Position numbers and translations under genes: made by a program
Notes under the pieces: model-generated
The model's input: only the letters and a program-made list of their open reading frames with translations
The model's database searches: none
Told to the model about the DNA's origin: nothing
Part shown: in pieces, positions 20,791-31,281 of the stretch
Position numbering within the stretch: the stretch's first letter is position 1
Layout: each line of letters opens with the position of its first letter
DNA from: Candidatus Kapaibacterium sp.
GTDB taxonomy: Bacteria; Bacteroidota; Ignavibacteria; Kapaibacteriales; UBA2268
Reading direction: 5' to 3'
Length of the DNA stretch: 64,000 nucleotides
Assembly: GCA_963664875.1 (NCBI GenBank)
Contig: OY761611.1
Location: 192,001 to 256,000 of the forward strand

Positions 20791-21321
20791 ATGTCGATAT
20801 ACAAAGAAAAACAAAAATTTGACTCTAAATGGTTGAGAGGCTTGTTGATTATTGGCTTTTTTGTGCCCATATTGATTTTGCTTTATGGTAGTTACAGACA
20901 GCTGATATTGGGTATTCCTTTTGGAGATAATCCAACAAGCGACGGCGGCTTAATACTAACATTAGTTATGCTTTTAGTATTTGGCAGTGTCATATTCTAT
21001 ATATTCTTCAAATCAGAAATGATTGTAGAAGTTGATGAAACCAAGATTTCTGTCAAGTTTTTTCCTTTGATATGGACTGAAAGGATATATAAAAAAGAAG
21101 ATATTGCAGCGATTTCTGTTGAAACTTACAATTCGCTTACAAGATACGGCGGATGGGGGTTAAGGTACAGAAGTCGAAAAGAAATGGCAATAAATACCGC
21201 AGGGAATAAGGGTGTTTTACTGACTTTGCATAATGGTAGAAAGATTATGTTAGGGTCAAAAACAGCAGACGAATTGGCGGATGCTATCAATCAAATGTTA
21301 AACAACAAAACCGGAATATAG
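20791..21321 (+). CDS. Two-TM membrane protein with bacterial PH-like domain (DUF6141-like)
   Basis: Two TM helices, then YGGWGLRY...GNKGV.L....G.KI..GS. Confidence 0.7.
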   Translation: MSIYKEKQKFDSKWLRGLLIIGFFVPILILLYGSYRQLILGIPFGDNPTSDGGLILTLVMLLVFGSVIFYIFFKSEMIVEVDETKISVKFFPLIWTERIYKKEDIAAISVETYNSLTRYGGWGLRYRSRKEMAINTAGNKGVLLTLHNGRKIMLGSKTADELADAINQMLNNKTGI

Positions 21322-21322
21322 A

Positions 21323-23074
21323 ATGAATAAAGTGATTATTTTATTGTTGTTATGCTTTCCATTTATTGCAAAGGCAAATGACAATGAGCAAATTCTTAAA
21401 GCAATGAGAGATGAAATATCTCGCTCTATGGAAGAGCTAAAATTGGATAACCTCGAAAAGCCTTACTATATAGAATACTCTATTAGTATCATGGATTCTT
21501 ATGCAGTCAAAGCAGAACTTGGTGCAGTTAATGAAACTACTCAAAACAAATTTGCAAGACTTACTGTCGGGGTCAGAGTAGGAGACTATACTTTTGATAA
21601 TTCGAATTTCTTCGATGTTGGTCTTAGTTTCTTTGGCTCAAGTGACGATGAAGAAAGATATAAATCAAGAAGAATCCCTTTTGATTTAGATTATAATTCG
21701 CTGAGAAGGGAGCTTTGGTTAGCTACTGACGCTGCATACAAACAGTCAGCTGAGCTTCTTTCAAAAAAAGAAGCTGCTTTGAAAAATAGAATGAGAAAAG
21801 ATACAACCCATGATTTTCTAAGGGTAACTCCCAAAAAATCATTTGATATTGTACCTTATCCTGTATTTGATGTGAATTATTTTCAAAACGTTGCAGAAAA
21901 ACTTTCCGGTATTTTCAAAGATGTACCTGAAGTACAGGTCTCTGGTTGCAATATTGAGTTTCAGCCACAAACTATTTACTATGTCAATTCTGAAGGCATG
22001 GAGTATATCAAAACTCAGTTTTTTACAGGCTTAGAAGTTCTTACCGCTACTCAGGCAAAAGACGGGATGCCATTGGCTGATTTTTATACTACATACTCTG
22101 CCTATCCTCAGGATTTGCCAAATTTGGATTCGCTGACAAAGGCTGTTAATATTGTGAAAAACAATATTGTGAATTTAGTCTCTGCCAATGCTTTAGAAGA
22201 GACTTATGCAGGCCCGGTACTTTTTAGCCAACAGGCAGCTGCTGAGATATTTGCTCAGATTTTTGCTCCAAACCTTGTAGCACAAAGAGAATCTCTAACA
22301 GAAGGCGGAGTTCAGACTTCAGACAGATACAGTGCATTTCAGCGTAAGATAGGAGGGAGAGTCCTCCCTGAATTTTTATCTGTAGATGCTGTGCCTACAA
22401 AAAATGAGATTGAAGGAGTCAAACTACTTGGTAATTATAAAATCGATGACGACGGACTTGCTCCACAAGATTTAATCTTGGTGAAAGATGGGTATTTGAA
22501 AAATCTTTTGTCTTCGAGAGTTCCTACCAGAAGAGTTAGAGAATCTAACGGACATAAGCGAGGCGGTGCTCCGATGTTCAGCAATCTTGTTTTGAAAGCA
22601 AATGAAAATGCACAATCATATCAAGATTTAAAAGAAAAGATGATTCAGCTTTGCAAAGATAGAGAGCTTCCTTATGGAATTATTATCAAAAAAGTTATGA
22701 ACCAAAATCTGATGTACACCTCATATTACAGGATGACAAAAGGTGCAATTACTTTCCCAAGATCACAAGATGAAATATTTGCTCTTGAAGCTTATAAAAT
22801 ATTTCCTGATGGTAGAGAGGAACTTGTAAGAGGGACATCTGCTAAAGGATTTACAGTTCAGTCATTCAAAGATATTATTCAGGTTGGAAACAAAGCGCAT
22901 GTTTACAGTTTGCTTGCTCCATCTGTCATTTCATCTTTTATGACCGGTGGAGACAGATTTGTTTCTGCTTCAATAGTTACTCCGGATTTGCTATTTGAAG
23001 ACGGTGAAATACGAGTAATCGAAGACGATTTCAACAAACTGCCTTTTGTAGAATCGCCATTGACTTCAAAATAA
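21323..23074 (+). CDS. PmbA/TldE-like non-catalytic partner with signal peptide
   Basis: Paralogous to 19086-20771 (PYYIEY, RVGDY.FDN, W.ATD, DGREELVRG) but HExxxH is replaced by AEIFAQ. Confidence 0.8.
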   Translation: MNKVIILLLLCFPFIAKANDNEQILKAMRDEISRSMEELKLDNLEKPYYIEYSISIMDSYAVKAELGAVNETTQNKFARLTVGVRVGDYTFDNSNFFDVGLSFFGSSDDEERYKSRRIPFDLDYNSLRRELWLATDAAYKQSAELLSKKEAALKNRMRKDTTHDFLRVTPKKSFDIVPYPVFDVNYFQNVAEKLSGIFKDVPEVQVSGCNIEFQPQTIYYVNSEGMEYIKTQFFTGLEVLTATQAKDGMPLADFYTTYSAYPQDLPNLDSLTKAVNIVKNNIVNLVSANALEETYAGPVLFSQQAAAEIFAQIFAPNLVAQRESLTEGGVQTSDRYSAFQRKIGGRVLPEFLSVDAVPTKNEIEGVKLLGNYKIDDDGLAPQDLILVKDGYLKNLLSSRVPTRRVRESNGHKRGGAPMFSNLVLKANENAQSYQDLKEKMIQLCKDRELPYGIIIKKVMNQNLMYTSYYRMTKGAITFPRSQDEIFALEAYKIFPDGREELVRGTSAKGFTVQSFKDIIQVGNKAHVYSLLAPSVISSFMTGGDRFVSASIVTPDLLFEDGEIRVIEDDFNKLPFVESPLTSK

Positions 23075-23094
23075 TCTTACGATTTTAAGATGAC

Positions 23095-23135
23095 AAAGAC
23101 TGCTTATATCATTCCGGTATGAACAGTCTTTTTTT
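23095..23135 (+). terminator. Rho-independent terminator after the tld operon
   Basis: AAAGACTG...CAGTCTTT stem plus T run. Confidence 0.7.
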
Positions 23136-23288
23136 ATTAACAGTATTACCTAAATATCTGTCTATATAAAATGTTTTCTTATTAAAAACGTAAATGTTAT
23201 ATCGGAAAATATATAATTGGCTTTGATTTGCTTAGCGTGTTGAAGCCTCTACCAAAGATAATAATGATGCTTAAACGGAGATAGTTAT

Positions 23289-24566
23289 ATGAACGTCAGA
23301 ACGCAGGCGGAATACAACAGAATTGTAAAAATTAGACAGCAGAAAATCTATCAGGAACTGCTAAGTCAGGATCAGTCTGTTATATTTGATGACCCGCTTG
23401 AAAATGATATGGTATTGAATATGGGCCCTCAGCACCCTGCAACTCACGGAGTGCTTCGTGTGGTTCTGAGACTTGATGGTGAAAAGATTATTAAATGTGT
23501 ACCTGAGGTAGGTTATCTGCATAGAGGGTACGAAAAATTAGCCGAAAATACTACATACCACGAGTTTATTCCACATACAGACAGGATGGATTATATTGCT
23601 CCATTGTCTAATAATACTGCAATATCACTTGCTATTGAAAATGCTCTCGGAATAGAAGCACCACCGCGGGCTCAGTGGATTAGAACATTAGTGTCAGAAA
23701 TGGCAAGAATTTCTTCACATTTGATGGCTGTTGGCTCCACTTGTATGGACGTTGGTGCTTTGACAGTTCTTCTCTGGTGTTTCACGGAAAGAGAAAAACT
23801 GTATGACATCATCGAAGAATTTACCGGTGCTCGCTTCACAACAAGTTACGGTAGAATAGGCGGTGTTGCTAATGACATCAGCGGAAAAGCTATTGCTATG
23901 ATGAAAAAGTGGATGGATGAGTTCCCACAGCAACTCGAAGATATTGGGAAACTCGTGCATAGGAATAGAATATTTATAGATCGTATGGCAGGTATTGGTA
24001 TCTTACCTGCTGATAAGGCTATTCAGATGGGAGCTACCGGCCCATTGTTACGTGGTTCCGGTGTGGCACGTGATTTGAGAAGAGACAGACCTTATTTGCT
24101 ATATAATCAGCTTGATTTTGATGTAATTACTCAAACAGAAGGTGACGTTTGGGCAAGATATATGGTTCGATTCAAAGAGATGACTGAATCACTTAAAATG
24201 ATGAGACAGTTGTTGGAAAACCCACCTGAAGGTCCGGTAAGAAATAATGATTCTCACAAAGCAGTTCTTCCTAAAAAGCAAAATGTATATACAAAAATGG
24301 AAGAGTTGATTAACGACTTTATGCTAATCAATTTCGGTGCTGCTCCTGAGAAAGGTGAAACATATACTACCATAGAATCACCAAAAGGTGAGCTTGGATT
24401 CTATATAGTTTCAGACGGAACGGGGCATCCGTGGAAGATGAAAATACGCTCTCCATCGACTTCTAACCTGCAATTGCTATCTTATCTGACAGAAGGTTCG
24501 AACCTCGCAGATGTTGTGGCTATTATTGGTTCCATTGACCCAATCATGGGTGAAGCTGATAAATAA
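23289..24566 (+). CDS. nuoD: NADH-quinone oxidoreductase subunit D
   Basis: LNMGPQHPATHGVLR, GYLHRGYEK, DRMDY, ESPKGELG, KIRSPS, GSIDPIMGEADK. Confidence 0.95.
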   Translation: MNVRTQAEYNRIVKIRQQKIYQELLSQDQSVIFDDPLENDMVLNMGPQHPATHGVLRVVLRLDGEKIIKCVPEVGYLHRGYEKLAENTTYHEFIPHTDRMDYIAPLSNNTAISLAIENALGIEAPPRAQWIRTLVSEMARISSHLMAVGSTCMDVGALTVLLWCFTEREKLYDIIEEFTGARFTTSYGRIGGVANDISGKAIAMMKKWMDEFPQQLEDIGKLVHRNRIFIDRMAGIGILPADKAIQMGATGPLLRGSGVARDLRRDRPYLLYNQLDFDVITQTEGDVWARYMVRFKEMTESLKMMRQLLENPPEGPVRNNDSHKAVLPKKQNVYTKMEELINDFMLINFGAAPEKGETYTTIESPKGELGFYIVSDGTGHPWKMKIRSPSTSNLQLLSYLTEGSNLADVVAIIGSIDPIMGEADK

Positions 24567-24589
24567 CAAAAACTTATTTGTATTAAATC

Positions 24590-24624
24590 AAAACGCTGCT
24601 TATTTTTAAGGAGCGTTTTTTTTT
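24590..24624 (+). terminator. Rho-independent terminator after nuoD
   Basis: AAAACGCT.CTTA...TAAG.AGCGTTTT stem plus T run. Confidence 0.7.
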
Positions 24625-24641
24625 ATAAATGTTTAGATAAA

Positions 24642-25277
24642 ATGAATAGAGAAAGAAGAAAATATTTGAACGAAAAAGGTGAACTCAAAAATTGTATAAC
24701 AAAGAAGCGATTAGCTAAGTTGGAATCAGTACTCTCAAAAAGACAGCCGGGAGTAACGATTGTTCTTGAAAACATAAACGACCCTCACAATATTTCCGCT
24801 GTAATTCGAAGCTGCGATGCAGTAGGAATAATCGATGTTTATCTTATCTATTATGGCTCTCAACCTGTTCCAAAACTCGGCAATGCCAGTTCAGGAAGTG
24901 CAAAAAAATGGGTTGACGTAAAAATGTTTCATTCGGTAGAAGATTGTTTCGATGAACTTAGAGCTAAAGGCAAAAAGATATATACAACTCACATGAGCCG
25001 TGATGCTATATCTCTTTATGAGCTCGATTTGACCGGGAAAGTAGCTCTTGTCTTTGGAAATGAGCATGCAGGTGTTTCTGATGAGGCAGTAGAGAAGGCT
25101 GATGGTAATTTCCTCATTCCGCAGGTTGGTATGACGCAAAGTCTAAATATATCAGTAGCTTGTGCAGTAACATTGTATGAAGTATATCGACAAAGAAGTA
25201 ACGTCGGCAAATATGACGAACTCCAAATGAGTGAATCACAATATCAAACAAGGCTGGAAGATTGGATGTGCAGATAA
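24642..25277 (+). CDS. trmH: tRNA (Gm18) 2'-O-methyltransferase, SpoU/TrmH family
   Basis: DPHNISAVIRSCDAVG, KWV, FGNEHAGVS, SLNISVACAV. Confidence 0.88.
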   Translation: MNRERRKYLNEKGELKNCITKKRLAKLESVLSKRQPGVTIVLENINDPHNISAVIRSCDAVGIIDVYLIYYGSQPVPKLGNASSGSAKKWVDVKMFHSVEDCFDELRAKGKKIYTTHMSRDAISLYELDLTGKVALVFGNEHAGVSDEAVEKADGNFLIPQVGMTQSLNISVACAVTLYEVYRQRSNVGKYDELQMSESQYQTRLEDWMCR

Positions 25278-25455
25278 TACAGTTTTAGCGTATTTATTAA
25301 TTATAGTTTTCTAAGGACAAGCTTCCTTAAATAAATAACAGAAAGTGTTTGTATTAGAAAATTTAAAATATATATGCAAAGGTTTAATATTGCACTTGTT
25401 GATTGTGTAAGAATTAAGTAATTTGCTGTATTAAACAAATTATCTGAGCAAAAAA

Positions 25456-27531
25456 ATGAGATTCTTCTTTTTGGTGATTTCGACTTTTCTGTTGACTTTG
25501 TTTCAAGTGACAGCGAAAGAGTATGAGCAAATTAAGATTCCTGCGCCATTTTGTGCATACAGTGCCTTATATGATGGGGTTGATTTTTATTATTCTTATT
25601 TTGGCGTGTTTAAAAGCACTGATATGGGGCAGAGCTTCACTAAACTATGTTCCTTACATTGCCTCGACGGAAACATAATAGATATGCAAAAAGATTCTTA
25701 TGCTGTACACTCTTTGTATCAAACTAAGTCTGGAATCTTGCTGGCTGCTGTGACTGACCAAAATATCATTTATTCTCAAAATGATGGAGTTGATTGGTTT
25801 GAGACTACCTTAAAATCGGAAGGAAACGAAGTATTTTGGGAGCATGGCGATACTCTTTATTTAGTCAACTACGGGCAACTTTATCTATCTCCGGATTCAG
25901 GGAAAACTTGGGAAATATTCCTGGCACGACAACATGTAGCAAATGATAAAATGAGAGACAGCTATTTGCTAAACGATACTTTATATCTTATTAGCAAAGA
26001 CATGGAATCCCAAAATAATTGCATTATCCGACAAACTGATTTGAATGCTATGCATACAGATTCCTATTTGCCGGAAATAGATATCGATTATTTATATTCT
26101 TTCCGCAACGAGCTTTGTGCTTATGATAATGCAAAATTATATAGGAGAGATGCCTCAAAAAAGTGGACTCAAACTGTAGATATAACTCAAAAAATTAAAG
26201 CATTATTCAATAATACAAACGAGTACATTTACCCTCTGACCTTTATGGTAGAGAAGAATATTATGCTGTTTGGTTTTTGGACTAAAGCAAGCATCCCGGA
26301 AACACATATGGAGTATGCAGTCAGTTATGACAACGGAGAATCTTGGATTTTAGTAAATTGGAATAATTCCAATGATTTAAATACAGAAATTAAGGTCGTA
26401 AATAATAACTTATATATAGTTGCAAGAGATTTTTATAGATATGATAAAAATTCAAATATTTTTACGACTTTAGGATTCAAATCTCTAAATATCTTTCAAC
26501 CTTATTATTACAGGGATACAAATCTAGGACAAATGTACTGCGATGATCAGCAAAAATGGTACGTAAAAATAGGGGACGAGTGGTTAGAAAACAAAGATTA
26601 TATAAACGCTTATATGACTTTTGGGAGCTCGTTTTACAAGATTGATGATTCAAATTCTCGCCTCTTTTCGTATGGAGTAGATGATTTAGTTATCTCTGAT
26701 AGCGTTTACAGCTTTGAAGTAACCGAGGAAAACATTGATTACGATGTTATGAAGTTGAACCATAATTCTTCCGGCAAGTATTGTTTAGTTAAGAATGGTG
26801 AGGTTCGAGCGAAGTATGAAAATGTAGATGGATTTGATATTGATAATTCAGGGAATTTTGTTTATTACAAATTTACTTTTAAGAAAGCACATACTTTCTA
26901 TTTTGGTAATGTAAATTCAATAGATATTGATTCGATTGCTCTTACAAATCTTGATACCAAAGTTAAACTGAATAATTTTCAAATATCTGATAATAAGTTG
27001 TCTTTCGAAAGCAATGAAATGTACTATGTATCTCTCGATAAGTTAAACGAAGTCTTTTCATTTGCAAAATCTGACTTTTACACTACTCAGATATTCTTGA
27101 AAAATCAAAAATATTATGTAGGGACAAAATCCGGATTGTTAGAATCCATAGATGGTAAAATCTGGAATCCTACCCTTGAAATTGGAGAAAAATATAGTAT
27201 TTACTCACTTGAGTTTTCACCCGATAATCGAATATATATTTATACGGATAAAGGTTTATTTATTACTGATATAGATGTATCAATTATAGAGCAACTCACA
27301 AGTAAGAATTCAGAAATTTCAATATTTCCCAATCCTGCTGCTGATTTTATCGAAGTAAAATCCAAATCAAATATAGAGATTAAAGGGATTTGGCGGATTG
27401 ATGGCAAAAGCTGTATCTATAATAGTACGAATAATACATTGTATCTGAATGATTTACCTAATGGACAATACATTTTGGAAGTGCTTGTAGATGGAATTAG
27501 ACATTTTAAAAAATTTGCTGTTGTTCGATAG
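25456..27531 (+). CDS. Secreted Asp-box repeat protein with T9SS-type CTD
   Basis: Signal peptide; STDMGQSF, SPDSGKTW, SYDNGESW, SIDGKIW; CTD IFPNPA...GQYIL...KFAVVR. Confidence 0.8.
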   Translation: MRFFFLVISTFLLTLFQVTAKEYEQIKIPAPFCAYSALYDGVDFYYSYFGVFKSTDMGQSFTKLCSLHCLDGNIIDMQKDSYAVHSLYQTKSGILLAAVTDQNIIYSQNDGVDWFETTLKSEGNEVFWEHGDTLYLVNYGQLYLSPDSGKTWEIFLARQHVANDKMRDSYLLNDTLYLISKDMESQNNCIIRQTDLNAMHTDSYLPEIDIDYLYSFRNELCAYDNAKLYRRDASKKWTQTVDITQKIKALFNNTNEYIYPLTFMVEKNIMLFGFWTKASIPETHMEYAVSYDNGESWILVNWNNSNDLNTEIKVVNNNLYIVARDFYRYDKNSNIFTTLGFKSLNIFQPYYYRDTNLGQMYCDDQQKWYVKIGDEWLENKDYINAYMTFGSSFYKIDDSNSRLFSYGVDDLVISDSVYSFEVTEENIDYDVMKLNHNSSGKYCLVKNGEVRAKYENVDGFDIDNSGNFVYYKFTFKKAHTFYFGNVNSIDIDSIALTNLDTKVKLNNFQISDNKLSFESNEMYYVSLDKLNEVFSFAKSDFYTTQIFLKNQKYYVGTKSGLLESIDGKIWNPTLEIGEKYSIYSLEFSPDNRIYIYTDKGLFITDIDVSIIEQLTSKNSEISIFPNPAADFIEVKSKSNIEIKGIWRIDGKSCIYNSTNNTLYLNDLPNGQYILEVLVDGIRHFKKFAVVR

Positions 27532-27699
27532 TTCTACTGATGTTTGAAGTAGGTCTGAATAACTGTTTTCCTTTTTAAGTAAAAAAAATTGCGAACTTTG
27601 AAACCTTTTGTTTGAACATAGCGTATTATAGTATAATTAGTGCTGACTAATGTAAAATGTGCTGCTAAATGTTCTTTCACAAAACTAATGAGGTTTATC

Positions 27700-28218
27700 A
27701 TGTTACGCAAAACTATCTTAATCGCTGCCTGCGTGGCTCTTATACCATTTTCCGGTTTGAAGTCTCAGGACTTATTGATTCCGACTAATCCAAATCGTTT
27801 TGTCATAAATCAAATGCAAAATGCACAAGATTTGGATGTAAAAAAAATTGATGCTTCTAAGCATAAAGATGCACCAAAAGGGAAACAAGACAAAACTAAC
27901 AGACTTGTTTATAACGAATTAGGCAATTCTGTTGCTTCTATATCACAAGTCGAAAAACCTGCAGCAATTCTGAATTTGCCGGAAACAAGCTGTTGCAACT
28001 TAGACCAGATTAATTCCAGACAAATTCTAATTTCGACTGCGAATTATAAAGGTGAGATTATTTTGAGAATTTTGGATTCCAAAGGGAAATTTGTATATAA
28101 TGAAGTTATGCATTTAGATAGCAATATCTATTTTGACTTGAATTTTCTTTCTCCCGGTAAATACAAAGCTATTGTAATGGGAGCAGGATTTACCAGAGAG
28201 ATTTCAATTAGCATTTAA
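27700..28218 (+). CDS. Small exported protein ending in a degenerate T9SS-CTD-like domain
   Basis: GAGG RBS before ATG 27700; signal-like N-terminus; ILDSKGK.V...LSPGKY C-terminus. Confidence 0.55.
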   Translation: MLRKTILIAACVALIPFSGLKSQDLLIPTNPNRFVINQMQNAQDLDVKKIDASKHKDAPKGKQDKTNRLVYNELGNSVASISQVEKPAAILNLPETSCCNLDQINSRQILISTANYKGEIILRILDSKGKFVYNEVMHLDSNIYFDLNFLSPGKYKAIVMGAGFTREISISI

Positions 28219-28268
28219 CAATAATATAAACAGTGCATTTCTGATGGGGCTACCGGATATTTATATTC

Positions 28269-29120
28269 TTAGCCCCTTTTTTTATTTGACTTCAGAACTA
28301 TATCTCCTAAAGAAACATTTAAGTGTGATGCTATAACTTTACATTTTGCTTTGAGCAAAAAGTAAATATTTCTGTTCTCATCAGACAAGCCTTCGAAATT
28401 GCCTTGTCCTTTGCTTATTATCAAATCAGCATCATTATACAAATCAAGGAACTCTTCATTGCACAAATCTAATATAGTACCGGGAGCAGGGCAACCGGAC
28501 GAAATGAGATTTGCTACTTCGTGCAATCCTGATAGACGTGCTTCCTTAAGAGTGGCATCATTGATTATTGGAGTTTCTCTTACTGCATAAGTAATTGGTT
28601 TATCAATGGTTTCTATAAGTAATTTGTCAAAGACTGTTTCTCCGGAATTATCTCCAAGATACAAGATGCGTCTTGCTTTAAGAATATCATTTTTAAAATC
28701 TTCATAGTCAAAAATCGCAAAATCCTGTTTCAATATTTTTTGAATATCTTCTTCCAAACTAAAATCAGTTTTAACCCCTAAGTCTATGACATTACCTGCG
28801 ATTGAAAGCCTTATAGCAGTTAAAAGTGGCTCTTTACTATCTTGTATCAAGATTTTCAAAGACTCAAACAGCTTATTTGCTTCTTCGATATGTGCAAGCT
28901 TTAAAGATTTGTAAGGGTCGATATTTCCGGTAATTTCTGAAACAGTTTGATACATTTTTACACTCAACTGAGGCGGTGGAAGCAGCATACTCATGTTCCT
29001 GAACATTTCGCCTGTTCTGTCAAGTATTTCTTTGATTTTTGCCTCATCCTGAGTAGCTAACCTTGCAGTTTTGAGAGCCTGTTCCATTATGCAGGGAAAG
29101 CAGTCCAAAAATGTCTTCAT
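28269..29120 (-). CDS. DUF89 / ARMT1-like damage-control phosphatase
   Basis: N-terminal CFPC, DPYK, AGNVID, GDNSGE.VFD, INDAT, KGQGNFE, KAKC. Confidence 0.88.
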   Translation of the reverse strand: MKTFLDCFPCIMEQALKTARLATQDEAKIKEILDRTGEMFRNMSMLLPPPQLSVKMYQTVSEITGNIDPYKSLKLAHIEEANKLFESLKILIQDSKEPLLTAIRLSIAGNVIDLGVKTDFSLEEDIQKILKQDFAIFDYEDFKNDILKARRILYLGDNSGETVFDKLLIETIDKPITYAVRETPIINDATLKEARLSGLHEVANLISSGCPAPGTILDLCNEEFLDLYNDADLIISKGQGNFEGLSDENRNIYFLLKAKCKVIASHLNVSLGDIVLKSNKKRG

Positions 29121-29189
29121 GATTTTCTTTGATTAGTTTAAGTATAATCTATTAGATACAAGCTACCAATAAATGCAGAGAAGAACTAA

Positions 29190-29528
29190 CTACATTTCGC
29201 TTAATTTATTTTCTTTAAACGCAGCATACGCATCGGCCACGCTCATATCTCCGGCTCCGATATATATTTTGATGCCTGTTTTTTCTAAAACTGTATATGC
29301 GTTACCGCCCGGACCATTTCCTGTGATAAGAGCATCAATCCCAAGACCTGAAATTTTCTGTGCTGTTTTAGGCCCGGCTCCGTGAGCTTCCTGAGCTATT
29401 TCGGAATTGTCAAGAACTTCTATATTTTCAGACTCTGAGTCGTAAATCAAAATATAATCAGTTCGTCCAAAACGTGGATCTATTAGGGACTGAAAATCCA
29501 TTCCGGTGGTTGTGAAAGCTAATTTCAT
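29190..29528 (-). CDS. NifB/NifX-family (FeMo-co-binding-like) protein
   Basis: DPRFGR, HGAG, ITGN.PG.NA motifs. Confidence 0.85.
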   Translation of the reverse strand: MKLAFTTTGMDFQSLIDPRFGRTDYILIYDSESENIEVLDNSEIAQEAHGAGPKTAQKISGLGIDALITGNGPGGNAYTVLEKTGIKIYIGAGDMSVADAYAAFKENKLSEM

Positions 29529-29534
29529 ACTTGA

Positions 29535-30407
29535 TTATCCTAATATTGTTTTTAATGTTTGCCAAGCTTGTTGTAGTTCGACAGAGATTTCATTTTGAGA
29601 TTCAGTCAATATTTCTCCGAGTGAGATTTTTTGAGATACTATTGAGCTATAAGGCAAAGAAGCTAATAGAGGAATACTTTCTTCTTCTAAAAAGTTCCTA
29701 ATTTCTAAGTATATTTCCGTGTTTAAGTCCGCTTTGTTTATTATGCAACAAGCCGGAATCTTGAATTTGTTTATCAAAGCCAGGACTCTTTTCAAATCCT
29801 GAAATGCTGATAAAGTTGGTTCGGTAACAAATAATACCATATTTGCACCCGAAAGGGAAGAAATGACAGGACAGCCGATACCGGGGGAGCCATCTACAAT
29901 AATAAAGTCTTTCTGCTCTTGTAAAGCTATTTCTTTTGCCTTTTTCTTTACATAGGCAACGAGTTTACCTGAATTATCAGCACCAATAGCGAGTTTGGCG
30001 TGTACCATTTTAGTGTTGGTCTTGACATTTGAAACAAAGAGATTGCCGACTTTTCTTTTGGTGTTATATATAGCTTTTACAGGACAAATCTTACTGCAAT
30101 ATCCACAGCCTTCGCAAGAGATTGGATCAACTTTATAGTTCATTCCTTTGTGATTGATAGCGTCAAATCTACATACTTCTTCGCATCTTCCACATGAAAT
30201 GCATATATCTTGAATTATGTGAGCAGATTCTCCACTGAAAAAGTCTTCAGTGCTGATTGTGTTAGGTTTCATCAGTAAGTGCATATCTGCAGCATCAACA
30301 TCGCAATCTGCAACAATAGCTGTACTTCCGGCAAGGTAAGCAAGTGAAGCTGTTACAGAAGTTTTACCGGTTCCTCCTTTACCTGAAATGACCACTATTT
30401 CTTTCAT
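29535..30407 (-). CDS. MinD/ParA-superfamily P-loop ATPase with inserted 2x[4Fe-4S] ferredoxin
   Basis: SGKGGTGKT, DCDVDAAD, CISCGRC...C and CEGCGYC...CP, DGSPGIGCP, VTEPT. Confidence 0.9.
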   Translation of the reverse strand: MKEIVVISGKGGTGKTSVTASLAYLAGSTAIVADCDVDAADMHLLMKPNTISTEDFFSGESAHIIQDICISCGRCEEVCRFDAINHKGMNYKVDPISCEGCGYCSKICPVKAIYNTKRKVGNLFVSNVKTNTKMVHAKLAIGADNSGKLVAYVKKKAKEIALQEQKDFIIVDGSPGIGCPVISSLSGANMVLFVTEPTLSAFQDLKRVLALINKFKIPACCIINKADLNTEIYLEIRNFLEEESIPLLASLPYSSIVSQKISLGEILTESQNEISVELQQAWQTLKTILG

Positions 30408-31267
30408 GATTTACTTTGCTCCAGTTCAAGAATAAAATCGTAAATCGACTCAATTGCTATTAGAAAATTTGCATCATTTTCAATTAGTAGTTGACCGACA
30501 GAGTATAGTTTTGCAATGTTTCTATCTTCGGCTATAGAAACAATAATTGGTATATCGTTTTCGATGCAGTATTCTTCGACTCCTTTAAATTTATTACCAG
30601 CTCTATTGATTACGACAGAATAAGATTTGTTGAGCAAATCCAATGTCTCTACGGCAAGTTTTAAATCATTGAGCCCAAAGGGTGTCGGTTCAGTGATTAG
30701 AATCACGTAGTCAGAGTTTTTTGCAACTTCTATCATTGGACAAGATGTACCCGGAGGAGAGTCAAAAATAGCGAGTTGATTCTCTTTTTGGATATTATCC
30801 ACAAATTTCAGAGAGTTAGCAATTAAAGGTACAGCTTGTTCCTGACCAATATCTAATTTTGATTCAATAAAATCTAAAAGAGGAAGTTTGTAATGCGTAA
30901 TATTTCCCATTTCGACTTGTTGCATCGGTAAAGCTCCTACAGGGCAAAGCTCAGAGCAAGCATAACAGCTATGACAAAGATTTGGGAATACTAATATTTC
31001 ATCTGCGAGAGTAATTATAGCGTTAAAATTACAATTAGAAACACACTGATTGCAATTTGTACAAATAGAACGCTTCCAATCTGGAATAAATTTATACTGT
31101 CTGAAAGTTTGGGAATCATTAGAATTGATAAATATAGAAGCGTTTGGCTCTTCTACATCTAAATCAGCGAGAATAACTTTTCTTTTTTTTGAGATAAAGG
31201 CAGCAAGGTTTGTCGCTATTGTAGTTTTACCTGTACCACCTTTACCACTGGCAATCGCAATTTTCAT
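30404..31267 (-). CDS. MinD/ParA-superfamily P-loop ATPase with inserted ferredoxin (paralog)
   Basis: SGKGGTGKT, DLDVEEPN, CTNCNQC...C and CHSCYAC...CP, DSPPGTSCP, TEPTPFG. ATGA overlap with the next gene. Confidence 0.9.
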   Translation of the reverse strand: MKIAIASGKGGTGKTTIATNLAAFISKKRKVILADLDVEEPNASIFINSNDSQTFRQYKFIPDWKRSICTNCNQCVSNCNFNAIITLADEILVFPNLCHSCYACSELCPVGALPMQQVEMGNITHYKLPLLDFIESKLDIGQEQAVPLIANSLKFVDNIQKENQLAIFDSPPGTSCPMIEVAKNSDYVILITEPTPFGLNDLKLAVETLDLLNKSYSVVINRAGNKFKGVEEYCIENDIPIIVSIAEDRNIAKLYSVGQLLIENDANFLIAIESIYDFILELEQSKS

Positions 31268-31281
31268 TTTTCAATCTTTTC

